DNA of 64,000 nucleotides, taken from assembly GCA_965113315.1 (NCBI GenBank), contig OZ220366.1; one strand, 5' to 3'. The DNA is from Podarcis vaucheri. Lineage: Eukaryota. The notes beneath the pieces are model-generated. The model did no database searches. It saw only the letters and a list, made by a program, of their open reading frames with translations, and was not told where the DNA came from. This document shows, piece by piece, positions 26,829 to 41,317 of this stretch. Positions within the stretch are counted from its first letter, which is position 1; each line of letters opens with the position of its first letter. A program made the position numbers and the translations under genes.

Positions 26829-27571
26829 GTAAGATCTAAGAAAACTGGCTGGCTTATCCTGAGGTTTGTGTGTGTGTGTTAGTGTTAGGCCTAGAACACA
26901 AGCTTTCAAATTTTAAAATTTTGGCACACACTTCCCACATTGGGGTGTGTGCCAATAAATTATGAAGTGGCTTTGGAATACTGAGACCTTGCAAAGGATT
27001 TTTGTCATATTCAGTTGATACTGTCCTGGCCGATTAGAATTCAACTAGTACTCCCTGCACACTGTAGGGAAGATGGATAATGGTTGTCAGGCTCTTTTTC
27101 AGATATATTTGTCATTAGTGATCTTACTCTTGTTGAACACACCCCAAATAAGTTCCCAAGAGGAACCCCAGAGTTCATCACGGTTTTGAAAACTATCAAT
27201 TTAGCAAAAAATATCCATTGTTCTTCATAAGCCTGAGCACCACTGTGTTTTCACTGAAAATATAAAAATTATCTCCTAGTCTTCATTATCAGGCACTTAG
27301 ATGTGTGATTTGCAAAATGCTAATTACCAGGAATGTGCTTTTCGGGGGTCTGCAAAACCACAATAAAACTGAGAGGAAGAAATACTGGTGGGCTTTTTCC
27401 ATAGCAGATGGTGACAATTGTCAGTTTCAATTCCTTCTGCAATCTAATGTGACTGTACAGTAACTTGTAGGGTGGAAGGAAAGAGGAAGTGTTGCTAGGT
27501 TGCAGGTAGGTGCTGCTGAATTTGCACATGCTCCTTACCAGTGAAATAGTGGTTATTTACAGTATGGTTTA

Positions 27572-27921
27572 GGGATGCGGGTAGCGCTGTGGGTTAAACC
27601 ACAGAGCCTAGTACTTGCCGATCAGAAGGTTGGCGGTTCGAATCCCCGTGACGGGGTGAGCTCCCGTTGCTCGGTCCCTGCTCCTGCCAACCTAGCAGTT
27701 CGAAAGCAGGTCAAAGTGCAAGTAGATAAATAGGTACCGCTCCTGCGGGAAGGTAAACGGCATTTCCTTGCGCTGCTCTGGTTCGCCAGAAGCAGCTTAG
27801 TCATGCTGGCCACATGACTCGGAAGCTGTACGCCGGCTCCCTCAGGCAATAAAGCAAGATGAGCACTGCAACCCCAGAGTCGGTCACGACTGGACCTAAT
27901 GGTCAGGGGTCCCTTTACCTT
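27572..27921 (+). mobile_element. Sauria SINE, full length
   Basis: gggatgcgggtagcgctgtggg...ccctttacct; TSD ttacagtatggttt. Confidence 0.9.
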
Positions 27922-29645
27922 TTTACAGTATGGTTTGGAACAGAGACCCACCTCTCCCTTCCTTCATGCAACAGCTTTTGACCCCCTTCTATAGTCTCAA
28001 GGGCACAATAGGCCAAATGCAGTCTTTGAGACTACACTGACCGATGATTATCACTGTGGCCATGTTTGTGGTACTGAATTTCTATGGAAATGCATCGCAA
28101 GCAGATTACAGTGGCCCATGATTTCTTGCCTGAAAACGAAGCATTTAGTTTGGCTGCACAGAAGGCTACGACAAACGCTCTGATTAAGCTGAAGTCGTAA
28201 TGCTTTGCTTCTTAAAATAAATACAGCGCATTGCTGTTTCAAAGGCTAATTTGAAACTGCAGACGATGGATAAGTGAGTATAGTAGCTTGATAAAAAGTT
28301 GCCATGGTTTTTTCCCTTCTTTTTAGGAAGCCCTATAATGTGTTTCTGTGGCAGCCATGGATGCTGAACTGTCAGTTTCTATAATTAGGTCGATGTATTA
28401 AGAGTGGTTTTTATGAATTTGTGTGAGGAATGATCGTGTTGGATGCGGCGCTGCGTTCAGAATGTGAAGTAGCAATATGGGCTTTGGTGATATATTCTGA
28501 GCTGATCTCAGAGGGAGAGAAATATGAAAACAAGACTTTAAAGACACAAGGGTGGCCTTTGCAGAAGCCTCTGCATTTGACAATATCAGTTTGTATAATA
28601 CTTGTATAACTCAACACATACTTTAGACAACACATACAGTATGCAGCACCTAGTTGTTGTAGGTGCTTAGGAAGTACATTATGAGAAATCTTAGGCCCAT
28701 GTGTGCATTTCTGCGTGCCAGCTCAGTTCATGCTGCATTGCAGATCCTGCACTGAGGAGAGGGCTCTTCCAGGTCTATAATGACTCTTCAATGACTCTTC
28801 CAGGTCTATAATCCTATCGTTCCAATGTGCCTGAGACCTTGCATTCACCATTTCACATCCATTGGTTCTTCCTTCCCCGCTCTCTCTCCATGCAGCAGAC
28901 CTTGAGACTTTTGATTCTCCAAACACACTAACTCCCCATTTCCAATAATTCCAAGAAGCTCATCATCCTGCTGTGCCACTTTGCCATCCTTCCACGCTGC
29001 AAAATCCTTTTATTTGGATCCCAAACGCCTTGCTGCTGCCCTCTATCTTTCTTTTCACTTAATTTCAAATGTTAGCTTAGGGTGCTTGCTTTTCCTTGAA
29101 GCAGCTCTTTTCGGTTCTGTGTAAGATTTTGAGTTACACAGTTGTTGCCTTTAAATAAAACATTGTGACAACTAATTATTTGCAATTAAATGTTCAATTA
29201 CATTGAACTGAATTTACCAGTGGGACCCGCAACAAACTTGCAGTATGGTGTGCTCCTGTCCATTGTTATCATTAGGCAGACATACTCTATTCCACTGCCC
29301 CAACTATCTAGGGTTTTTTTTTTTTGGGGGGGGGAGGCATTTGGTCATTATTTTGTGGTCATTGAGGACACTCAGTGCTCACAGGGCTAATTTCAGGGTC
29401 CCACAGGATAGATTTCCTAATTCTTTTTTTTTTTTTTTGGTACTTCTGTAGACCTTAGGGTTACTCCAGCTTGACACCTCTCTTGCTGTGTTGACACCTC
29501 TCTTGTTGTGTTGTGGCTGTTCCTGTTTTGGCTACATAAGTGACAGCACTTCAAGTCGTGTACTTCAAGTCTGATTCAAGTCTTGAATCAGAATTAGAAT
29601 GTAGGGTGATGCAATGATATTTTCCATTGTTCTTTTTAAATCCAG

Positions 29646-29807
29646 CTAATTCAGCAATGGCCACCCGCACAAAAATCTGTTCACGACGAAGCAGAAGATG
29701 ACGACGACAGTGGTGGAATCAGTCTCAACAAAGCGAAAGAGAGGCTGCAGGAAGAGGACAAATTTGACAAAGAAGAATATAGGAAGAAGATTAAAGAAAA
29801 ACACAGG
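29646..29807 (+). CDS. DDX10: DDX10 coding exon, probably the human exon 15 equivalent
   Basis: tccag acceptor, gtaagt donor; 162 nt, phase 0. Encodes LIQQWPPAQKSVHDEAEDDDDSGGISLNKAKERLQEEDKFDKEEYRKKIKEKHR. KAKERLQEEDKFDKEEYRKKIK is characteristic of DDX10. Confidence 0.96.
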
Positions 29808-31230
29808 GTAAGTTGATTTCCTTCCATTTGCCAGAAAATTGGAGACAAAACACTGTGAAATGCTGACATGTGTACCCTGGGGAATGAAGGGTTTTGCATA
29901 ACATTTAGCCAATCCAAAACATTGGTTTTTTAAAGCATTTTATAGAATTTGGATGATGTTTTCCTGTGCTTCTCCACTGTATGAACTGGGGAGATGAGGC
30001 AGTAGAAGTGGACAACATGACTGCCTCTCACATCACCATTGCTATTCCTTGGGGACAGGCAACCGTGGCTGACAAGTGACTGTATTGGCCAGCCACTTCC
30101 ATGTGACCTTCTAGCTTCAATTATTACAAGTGACATGGAAGCCAGTATGCAACCAAACCACGCTGGTTAGTTGCCTATTTCAGAAATGAGGAAACTGTGT
30201 CCCCTCCAGTTGTCATTGAGCTACAACTCCCATATCCATACTGGCTGAGGCTGAGGAGAGTTGTAGTCCAACAAATTCTAGAGAGCCAAAGTTTCCTCGT
30301 TCCATATTGTGACAATGTTAAATTTTGGTTTCTTGATGCTCATAGGCAGAAAGCAGGGCAATGTTTGAAGGGTCATTATAGCAGAGGACATGATATTATA
30401 AACCACCAAGAAGAGACCACTAGAGAGTCCTGTATCAATGAGGCCTTCAGCATAATACATTTTATTTAAATGCCTACATGTTTCATAGATGTGATTGAAA
30501 CTCTAATGAATTATTCAGGAAGTGTCATAGCTATAATGTGATTGATTTCAGCTATAATGTAAAGCTTTAATGTCGGTACTTTAAACTCCCTTTTTGGCAT
30601 TAAAAAAAGAGTAAATTGTAGGCCATAAAAATGCAAAGATTGTTTCTGGGCCATTTATTTGTCATAAACCAGAGCTGAAAGTTTGTGAACTTGACAGCAG
30701 AGAATAGTTACAAAGGTAACTCTATCTCTATAATGCTCATTGATCATTCTCCTCATTATTGTTATTTATAGCATTTCTGTTGATAGGGCCTAAAAATCTA
30801 TAACAGGTCAGAGCCCTGTTCTAGATAGATACAAGAAGAAATAATCCCTGTTTCAAAGAATCTAAGGAACTATTAAAAGTTTACTGAAAGGTTCCTGACA
30901 AGGAGAGGCTGAAGAGATGGTAGCAGAATGTTTTATTATTTGGCAGGGGGTGGAAATAGCATGCCTACTTTTGTCTTCTGTAATTAGCCAGGAACATCAG
31001 CTGTAATTTAACATTGCATGTTGGTGTTGTGCATGTGGGGCTTAATACTAATACAGTATATCATCTTTTTTTTTTTGCTCAAGCTAGCCCCAGACTCCAA
31101 GCTCTTGAACTGCAGAGCTAACAGTGTTCTGGCCCTCATCCTTTTTGATTCCTACTTCCTATGTGCAGTCTCTGGGCAGCCCCACATACGGATTTTCACC
31201 TGCACGGAAGGGGTTTCTGAACGCTCTAGA

Positions 31231-31525
31231 ACTGGGATGGAGAACTTGAGACCCTCAGTCTGCTTTTACGTGGCCCACAGCAGCATCTGGGTCTGCAGAG
31301 GCTCTCTAGACGGCCGTTCTGGAAAATGCTTCCTGTGGTGTGTGCATGTGTGTGAAGGCTGGGGAACAGAGAGAGTGTTAAGCAATCCTGCAAGCCCCAC
31401 CCACTTCCAGCTCTTGGTTGGGTTTGGCTCTGTCCACCGACAGCAGCAGCAGCAGACCATGATAGACTTTTCCTGTGGGTCATCAGTCCATCCTAAGGGG
31501 GTGAGGGGAAGGTTCACCACTCCTG
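31231..31525. mobile_element. Old hAT-like MITE
   Basis: ctgggatggagaac...gttcaccactcctg, flanked by ctctagaa / ttctagag. Confidence 0.45.
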
Positions 31526-33347
31526 TTCTAGAGCTGTAGTCCAAAAATTGCTGCTCACCCCATTCCTTCTGGTGAGACTCCTTGGGTATATTCTTCAAAC
31601 CACCATGTTGCAAACAGCAAGTGGAGCCTTCTCTGTAGAAAAATTCTGTTTCCATAATCTTCCATCATTTCCGTTTCCTTCTCCTTAAGGTCTCATCCAC
31701 TCATGGAACATTCCTAGTTTTTATTTTCCTTGCTTTCTCATTTATTTTACTCACATCTTTCTGCTCGCCTCTGCTCCCTAAGTAGCCATGGGCCAGTGCA
31801 CATTCTGTGTTGGGATCCTTGTTGACTACAGTTTTATCATATCAGGAGCCAGGCTCCTCCTTGCACTCTCTCCCAAAAATGGATTTACCCTCTCCCACAG
31901 TGTACCTTTATAGAAATGTATGATGAGATCACCTCATTTTATGTTCCTTTTCCCCTCTGCCCCTGTAGAGGCAGTTAGTAATGTGGGGTGGTAGTAGGAA
32001 AACTGAGAATGTGATGGTGGCCTATCTCCATAATTATACATTAGGGGAACAGGAGGAGAATTTGACATGAAGTTGCCATTCTTGGCAGCAACCTCATGTA
32101 TTGCTCTCTAGAATCCTGGTAATCTCTGCTGGCAGAGATTATGTGCCCTTCATAGGTGAACAATATCTCCCATCATCTCTGACCATTGACTGTATCATTG
32201 GAGTTGATGGGAGTTGAAGTCCAGGCACATCTAAAGGATACCATTTTGGCTGCCTCTGCTGTTGGGTCTTAGTACCGCCTCATGTCTTTCCCCCTTTACC
32301 TGCAGACTAATTGGGTGGGGGCTTATGACACATTTCCCTGGGACTTAGTGATCACTTTCTCAGAAACAAGTTCCTTGGACTTTTGTGAGACTCCCAGGTA
32401 CATATGTAAGATTTCATAATGAATCACAAAATTGCTTAGCAGAATTGTCAGACGGGAACATGAAAATGCAGCCCACAAGTTCTCCAGAAGGAATACTTCT
32501 GCATCTCTTTGAAACAGAAGTAAATTGTCTGATCTGTATGTAAAAGCTGCAATTATACAGGAATCCTCAAATGCAGTATAAAAATTGCAGTCGTATTCTA
32601 AATCAAGAGTCACTTAGATTCTTTTGTCAATACTCCTGCTAATACTATTTCATTACCGTTTCAAGTTCCTTTCATATCATGAAGGATAATGAAGTCCATT
32701 GTATAAAAATAAATACCCTTTGAATCCAATAATAAGGGTGCTAATAAATTTGATTTTTTTTAAAAAAAATGCTTTTCATTGTGAAGAATGTACTATAAAA
32801 CCATTCTTCCAATGTAACTATTAGCTGATTTTATTTTTTTAAATGTCAGATTAATGTGGGTTGTTCACTTACACATTTTTAAAAGTCTGAAGGAGTGACT
32901 GATAAAGTATTTTGTAACTTGGCAATAAAAGTACAAAAACCTAATTTTCAGAGTTCATGAATTTGTCAGTGAACTGGTTCATTGATTTATAATACTGCAA
33001 TCATTCACCTCACACTTCTTCATTACCCCTTATCCTTGGAATTTAATTGCTTTACTTGCATTTTCAATTTTTTTTGTTAATTTGGGGTTTGTATTTTAAT
33101 GAATTATATTGTTCTCGGATTCCCCACGCTTGGAAAACTTCATAATTGGCCCATTTCCCATACCACAGCTGCATGCATAAAGCTGTGATAATCTGAGCAA
33201 ACTAATACTTGACATACCAAAGTGATAAAAATTAAGAGAAAGTTACACTGTGTAGGAGACATTCAAGTGTGTGCAATAGAAATCCTTCAAAATTGTCCCT
33301 AAATAGTAGATGTTAAACAGAATACTGAATTTCCTGGTTTTATACCT

Positions 33348-33682
33348 GCTGTGGGTTAAACCACAGAGCCTAGGACTTGCCGATCAGAAGGTCGGCGGTT
33401 CGAATCCCCGGGACGGGGTGAGCTCCCATTGCTCGGTCCCTGCTCCTGCCCACCTAGCAGTTCGAAAGCACGTCAAAGTGCAAGTAGATAAATACCTTCT
33501 CTGGCGGGAAGGTAAACGGCATCTCCGTGCGCTGCTCTGGTTTGCCAGAAGTGGCTTAGTCATTCTGGCCACATGACCCGGGAGCTGTACGCCGGCTCCC
33601 TCGGCCAATACAGCGAGATGAGCGCCGCAACCCCAGAGTCGGTCATGACGGGACCTAATGGTCAGGGGTCCCTTTATCCTTT
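33348..33682 (+). mobile_element. Sauria SINE, slightly 5' truncated
   Basis: Same body as 27572-27921. Confidence 0.88.
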
Positions 33683-36085
33683 ATATAAAGTTGGGGGGAA
33701 ACAAGCAGCTCTTTTACCAAGCTGTGAAGAGAATGAAAATGGAACTTGTATGCAAATCTGATGTCTCAAATTACTTAACCTTGAAAGAAGAGTTAATAGA
33801 TTTGACTTAGGTACTTAAAATTATGAAGAGCATAATAAAACGCAGATCGATCTTGCTTTCCGTACTTTCACAGCATTCAAACAAGAGGGAGCTGAAAGTT
33901 AATGGCAAATGCCTTGTATCAAAAGGGAAGGATGGAACTATTTTACCCAGCAAGACACTGTCTGCAATGGGGGGTGGTTGACTTTTTAATATTATGCAGT
34001 TGTGAGTTTACAACACCCTTACCAGGCTTACAAACAACAGGAATGGTTTTTAAAAGATTAACGGTATATATGATACCTTTCTAAGTGCCCAGAGTACTTC
34101 GCACACATCTCATTAATCCTTACAACAACTTTGCGAAGTAGGTCAGTATTAATTCCCCATTATTGCAGATGGAGAGTGAGGGCAGAGGCTGCAATTTGAT
34201 GGCAGAGTTGCTTTGCGGTTCTAACGCAGGTTTCTTATGCAGGTAGTATGTATTTATAGTACCATTCTGATCCCACCCTAATGTTGGCGGATCCCCTGAA
34301 GGCAGAAATGTTCCTCATTTAAAGTAGGTAAAGGTAAAGGTATAGTTAAATTGGGGGGGAGTGAGATTTTTCCTTCTGAATCATTGGCTGCTTTTCTATA
34401 GAAGATACTCATTAGAATTGCTTTGCCAACCACTTGCTTCTAAATTACTCCCTTAGAACTTAAAATGGTCCGATAGTTCGGTGGATTTTTCTCTTAGTCT
34501 CCTTTAAGCATTTGACTGATTTGGATATAAATTCAAACTGGGATTAATTAAAAACAAACACTTTTACTCAACAAGAACATGCAAAAATCACTGTTTTGGA
34601 AGATCTGTCTTTAAACAGTATATAGCATATAAAGTGATAATGTACAGCTGCATCCTCCTTCCTGGGATCTTCCAGACATTTTGGACTATGACTCCTATCA
34701 CCATTAGCCAGGATGGCCAATAGTCACAGGTGAGTTCTGGTCCAAAAAATCTGGAGGACATGAGGTTGTGGGTGGCTGGCGTGCAGTGATGCAAGGATGT
34801 ATGTTTGGCTGGAAAATGCTGCCGTTCTAGGCAGCAGTCCTACATGCACTTACTTTGGAGTAGTAGGCCCCATTAGACATAGCTGAACTTAATTCTTCTG
34901 AGTAAGTTGGCCAAAAAACAGGTGCAGCTCTTGCATACTAATGGGTGCAAAATGCTCAGAGCAGAACTTTCGCGCTGTTGTTCATTACTGCAGTAAATAG
35001 AATAACTTCCTTCAAAACTGTCAAGATGTCTCCCCCCCCCCAAACAACGCAGGAGCAGCTGTAATTTTCATCTCCTCATGCACATATTCAATACTTTTCA
35101 CCCACTTACTCTGGGTATTTCTTCCTCTGTCGTCTTAAGGTGTCCCCCCCCCCGCTTTTGACAGTGCCCCAAATGTGACACCTTGGCAGGCATATTAAAA
35201 TACTTAGGAAGTATAGTATGTCTTCAAAGTATTGACTGTCAAGAGTCTGGAGGTTTATCTGAATCCCACCTGCCTGTAGAGTTTTGACATTATGATAAAT
35301 GTCCCAACCTACAGCAGCCTTTCGGTGAATAAATCTAATACTCTTTATTTAGGAGGAGACTTTGGCCTTTTTCCCCCGTCCCCTTTATGACAAGAAAATT
35401 AAACACATTTAAAAAGTAATACTGTTCCCCCACACGAACATACCTTATTTCACACAGAGATTTTTAAGATTCTCCCCTCCCTCTTTTTAATGGAAAGCTA
35501 AGGTTGAGAAATCTGTAGGCTGCCTAATTTGCAGGTACGGTCTGACAAATATCCCCAGGCAAACAGTAAGGTCATGTATTAATTATGATTAGAAAATTAC
35601 ATTTTCCCTCTCTTCAAATAGTGAAAATTTACTATGTGCATACAGGAGAACATTTATTTTTTAAAAAATTCAGTGGACGGGTAATTAATTTTGCAACGCA
35701 AACATCCACCAATTTGCCCTTAGGCTACAACGTCTACATATAATGGAAAAGGTTCTGCAAGTCATTCCCCATGTGAGTTGATACAGAGCTAGTTATGTAA
35801 TGTGTGAAAGTCACTCTAGAGAATGCTGCAGCTGAAATGCTCAGCCAATTCAGTGAAGAATGTTACTGTGAGAGTGAAAGGTGGACCTGGAAGCAGTAGC
35901 TTGTTCCCTGTAGTACCTCTATAATCCCCATGCCCTGCAATTCCAATGCCTGCTAGTTTGAATTTCTGGAACTCATCCTTAGGCAAAATGCTATGCCATT
36001 CTGATCATGGAATCAGCACCTGTGTTTGTATATATGTAGAATCCAAGCTTAAACTTTGAGATCCAAGGCTGGATTCTAGCCTATC

Positions 36086-36415
36086 CAACTGCACTGGTTA
36101 CCAACTAGTTTCTGGACTGAATTCAAAGTGCTGGTTTTGACCCATAAAGCCTTAAAACATCTCAGGACTGCAATACCTAAAGGACCACCTCTTTCCATAT
36201 GAACCTACCAGGACCCCTGAGAACATCTTCTGAGGCCCTTCTTTGTGTGCCTCCTCCTCGAGAGGTCCGGAGGGTGGCAACACGAGAACGGGCCTTATCT
36301 GCAGTGGCTCCCCATTTGTAGAATGCTCTCCCCAGGGATGTTTGCCTGGTGCCTTCATTATATACCTTGAGGCCCCAGGCAAAAATGTTCCTCTTTAACA
36401 AAACCTTTGGTTGAT
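36086..36415 (+). mobile_element. L2 LINE ORF2 3' fragment
   Basis: QLHWLP...FKVLVLTHKAL...RALSAVAPHL.NALP. Confidence 0.78.
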
Positions 36416-36934
36416 TGTCATCCAATGCTCTTTTAAAATGTGTTCTTTTTTTGGGGGGGGTGTTATTCTGTTTCTGTTTTTATTTTAAATATGTATTCTG
36501 TTTTTTATATTGTGATTTTATCCTGTGATAACATGCTAAGTCTACCGACCTGTTCACGCCCATCAGGATATTGGAGTGCTTTACAGTTAGTTGCTGCTTT
36601 GAATCTTTCCTCAAAACCGACCTTCATTTGGCACTGCCACAATTTCACCTATGTCGCACTGATGCTGCTTCACATTTGTCTTGCCGGTCTTACTTGGCTC
36701 CCGGCCAGAAATTTCACAGTCTTCTGCCATATTCATGTTCTGTTAAGTACCTAGCTAACATTTTAGCTGTAGAGAAATATCTAGTTCAGCTGTTTGGCTG
36801 GGCTTCCCTGATTTTGAGCTGAGTGGTTTCTTCTTAATAGTCATAGGAATGAAGCAACTTCTTGGTGGCTAATTAGTTGTCATCAATTGTGAAGACATCA
36901 GTCTAATTACAGCCTTTAAAAGCAAAATATAATA

Positions 36935-37253
36935 CAGTGGTGCCCCGCAAGACGAATGCCTCGCAAGACGAAAAACCCGCTAGACGAAAGGGTTTTCCGT
37001 TTTTCGATGCACTTCGCAAGACGACTTTCCCTATGGGCTTGCTTCGCAAGACGAAAACGTCTTGCAAGTCTTGCGTTTTTTCCCGCTCCCCCCCTTTTGC
37101 TAAGCCGCTAATAGCCTTTTAGCCTCTAAGCCGCTAAGCCTTTAATAGCCGCTAATCCGCTAAGCCGCTAATAGGGTTGCTTCGCAAGACGAAAAAACCG
37201 CTAGACGAAGAGACTGGCGGAACGGATTATTTTCGTCTTGCGAGGTACCACTG
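36935..37253. mobile_element. Tc1/mariner MITE (third family) with internal gcaagacga and taagccgc repeats
   Basis: cagtggtgccccgcaagacgaa / ttcgtcttgcgaggtaccactg TIRs; TA TSD. Confidence 0.85.
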
Positions 37254-39721
37254 TACCTGGCAAAAAAAGAAAAAAAGAAAAGAAAGAGCATTGTGGGTTT
37301 AGAAGCCACCTCCTTGCTTCTGCTGTTTGGCCCGGTGGGTTTTGGTGCAATGTGGTCATGTGCTGTGTGCTCATTGAAAGCCCAGAATGAATGCAAATGT
37401 GAACATGGAAGAAGTGATCCGTGGGGAAGCCCCTCACGGAAAAGAGTTGATGGCCCAAGCTAGGGGGGATCAGTAGTTCCTGGTTCCCAGAAAGGCAAGA
37501 GAGAGAGACAGAGAGAGGGGCTGCATTATACACACAGTTTATTGAGGGTTACGGGCTTACAATGGGGACGGGTGTGGAAATGAAAAGAGGCAGAGCTTGT
37601 GGTGAGTAAAGGGTAAGTTGTGAATGAGGTAAAAAAGAGCTTTCAAGAGTGAGCAGAAGTGGCAGAGATTACCCATCACAGCAATCCATTTTACTGAGAG
37701 GACATTTCATTAGTTGCAATACAATTGGGGGGGGGGATATAATTTGGGTTACTTTTTGGAAATTGTGAAACATAAGAAGATTTTAATAACCAACCGAAAA
37801 TGTGGTGTTTATAAAATTTACTGTTTGCATTTTGACATTGTTACATATTTGCGACGTGCATGCAGTGCCCCCCCAAATGAATTACCTTACAGGGACTTTG
37901 TTGTTGTTGTTTTTTTCCATTAGAGATGTGTAACACATATGAAAAGTAGAACTGCATATTAGAGGACATTAGCATGCCTGGCGGTGTTTCAGAATAAAAC
38001 ACAGTGCTTCCCTTTAAGGCACAATAGCTCTATTTTTCAAGCGTACAAGTCATTTGATTTTAATCACCAATTCTTTCCATGTAAATGGCTTATGGTGAAG
38101 CAAAAGCAAATGATACAATCTCATATTCTTAATGTGAAATATGGACATGCAGCCTCCCAGAAAGCACTGCCTCTTGAATAAGTTATGACGGTTTAGCAAA
38201 ATCTGAAAATCTGAGTGATATCGAGCATTGTGAAAGCCTGCAGATAAAAGCCCAGTCGTAAAATAAGAGCTACCCATTGAAGCAAAAATAGTATGATTAT
38301 GATTTGTGTGCTTCTTCATTGTTTCCCCCCCATTTTTGTTTCTGGCACGGCACAGCTCTGATTTCCACTTAGAAGCTTCTGCATAACTTCCATCACACAA
38401 ATTGCAGTTTCAGTTGCTTGGAGTCCAATCTTGCCGAGGCGGATTTCATGGGTGCTCCCTTGAATAAGGAAGCTAAATAAAAGAAAGCCATGCTATTTTC
38501 TGTTTTGGAGTGTTACTCATTCTTTACCTTTTGTCCCACAAATTACATCCGTCTCACACGAACAGGGACCTGGTGGCAGTGCCTGTCCTTGCATAAACCT
38601 TTCCTCTGCAATTCCACTTGCTATAAGTTTATTCAAAAAGCCTTCTACTCCCTTACAAGCAGGCGCATAACCAGATTTCTATTAAGCCTGTATCATCCCT
38701 TTGTGTCTCCCAATCTTTTCCCCCTATAAATTATTCCATATATTATGTTGCCATCTGTCCTCCTATCTAATACATTGCCCTGGTTCTGCATGTGTTGCTA
38801 CCACTCTTCCATGAAATGTGATTCCATCTGCCTGCCCCCCCCCCCCCACTCCCTTTCCCTATCAACCATCTTCTCTGGCTAGTATTGCATCTTGATGGAT
38901 AAAATCTACAAGGGGCTGCTGCTTTGTAACTTCCACACAGTTCATTGGGATCTGCACCTGATTCCCTTGGAAACCCTATTAAAACGAAGTGAGCTTGCAG
39001 AGGAGCAATGCCTGGTGACTTGCACCCTGCCATTTCCATATGACTCAATTATATTTGGTTGACATGAAATGGGAGACAAATGAGTGTCGCCAAAATAGCA
39101 AAGGGTAACAAAATAACCTGGTGCCTAGAGGAATCTTTCCTCTGTTGAATTTTTCATGTTGTCCTCTTTCAAATCTGTTTTCAGCTTGTTCTGGTTTGTC
39201 AGCTGTCTGAGCTTTTCTTATTCTTCTTCTTCTTCCTCCTTCTCCCCCCCCCCCATTCCTCCCAGGTCACTGTTAATGTAGCTTGACTCCCCCCCCCACT
39301 CCTTTCTCAAAGGTAGCACTTGAAAAGAGAGCAGGTGGTTTTTTAGAGAAATAGGCAAGTGACACAGGTTGACAAGCTACAGCAAAGCAGGTCACGACAA
39401 AGTAGTTTGGAAATTGGATTGCAGGAGGTAGAAAATTGAGTCCTGCCTTAGAGGGGCCAGGATCTTGCACGAAATGCACCAGAATTGAACAAGTCACAGT
39501 TGGGTTGCTGGGGCAGTAAGAAATGACCTACATCGTGGGAACACATTGGTGGAGAGGCAGGGAGGAGTGAGTGGGTTTGCCATTCATTCTCGGTTTGTTT
39601 CATCCTCCTGCTGTGTTATCAAAACAATCACGATCTTCTTAGAATAATTTAGACAAATTGGGTTGTGGATGTCCCAGGCAGTGATCGCTTATGTGTGTGC
39701 ATAGATGTGTCCATATACATT

Positions 39722-40158
39722 GTTGTTGTTTAGTCGTTTAGTCGTGTCTGACTCTTTCTGACCCCATGGACCAGAGCACGCCAGGCACTTCTGCCTTCCA
39801 CTGCCTCCCGCAGTTTAGTCAAACTCATGCTGGTAGCTTCGAGAACACTGTCCGACCATCTCGTCCTCTGTCGTCCCCTTCTCCTTGTGCCCTCCATCTT
39901 TCCCAACATCCGGGTCTTTTCCAGGGAGTCTTCTCTTCTCATGAGGTGGCCAAAGTATTGGAGTCTCAGCTTCAGGATCTGTCCTTCCAGATCCTTAAGA
40001 ATGGATCGGTTTGATCTTCTTGCAGTCCATGGGACTCTCAAGAGTCTCCTCCAGCACCATAATTCAAAAGCATCAATTCTTCGGCGATCAGCCTTCTTTA
40101 TGGTCCAGCTCTCACTTCCATACATCACTACTGGGAAAACCATAGCTTTAACTATACG
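39722..40158 (-). mobile_element. BovB LINE 3' fragment
   Basis: BovB ORF end with a small internal deletion; TSD gtccatatacatt. Confidence 0.93.
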
Positions 40159-40799
40159 GTCCATATACATTAGACAGGTATAATGTCTCCTCTTCATTGC
40201 ACAGCCACAGAAGAGGGGGTTTTGCAGTTACCTTATTGAGTTCCACAGCGTTATCTCTGGCTCACAATGGGCAGCATCTTGCAGACCAAAGATAGGGAAT
40301 CTATGGTTCTGCAGCTGCTATCAACTCAGACCAGTGGCCTTGCTGGCAGGGGTGATAGGAATTGTAGTTCGGCAACACCTAGAGGGCCAAAGGTTCCCCA
40401 CACTTCCTGTAGATCAAGGATAGGGAACCTACGGCCCTCCATATGTTGTTGGATCATGGCTCCTGTCAACTCTGATCATTGGGCACGCTGGCTGGGAGTT
40501 GATGGGAGTTGGAGTCCAGCAATATTTGCACGGTTACAAATTGTGACAACATTGCTCTGTTCAGAGGACAAATCTATGTCTTATTTCTATGTAGCGGAAA
40601 CTGAGTCCGGCAGTTAAGTTTTGCACCTTTGTTCCCTCAGCAACGACTGCCAATTCGGGATGGGAATTTAGTGTTCAGGGATGAGTCTTCGGGCATATAG
40701 CATATACATTTCCTTTACTTAACTTAAAAGTAACTTAAGCATTACAAAAAGAAGATAAATAAGGTGAATAACACAAAAACCTTATAAAATGCTAGTATT

Positions 40800-41317
40800 G
40801 TTGTTGTTGTTTAGTTGTTTAGTTGTGTCAGACTCTTCGTGACCCCATGACCAGAGCACGCCAGGCACTCCTGTCTCCCACTGCCTCCCGCAGTTTGGTC
40901 AAACTCATGTTAGTAGCTTCGAGAACACTGTCCAACAATCTCGTCCTCTGTCGTCCCCTTCTCCTTGTGCCCTCCATCTTTCCCAACATCCGGGTCTTTT
41001 CCAGGGAATCTTCTGTTCTCATGAGGTGGCCAAAGTATTGGAGCCTCAGCTTCAGGATCTGTCCTTCCAGTGAGCACTCAGGGCTGATTTCCTTCAGAAT
41101 GGAGAGGTTTGATCTTCTTGCAGTCCATGGGACTCTCGAGAGTCTCCTCCAGCAGCATAATTCAAAAGCATCAATTCTTCGGCGATCAGCCTTCTTTATG
41201 GTCCAGCTCTCACTTCCGTACATCACTACTGGGAAAACCATAGCTTTAGCTATATGGACCTTTATTGGCAAGGTGATGTCTCTGCTTTTTAAGCTGCTGT
41301 CTAGATTTGTCATTGCT
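40800..41317 (-). mobile_element. BovB LINE 3' fragment
   Basis: AMTNLDSSLKSRDITLP...; TSD aatgctagtatt. Confidence 0.93.

Noticed and set aside
29471-29510. 20-bp tandem duplication upstream of a DDX10 exon
   Set aside because: Ordinary slippage duplication, more than 130 nt from the acceptor.
36935-37253. CRISPR-like or regulatory repeat array (gcaagacga, taagccgc)
   Set aside because: Irregular subterminal repeats within a TA-flanked MITE in a vertebrate genome.
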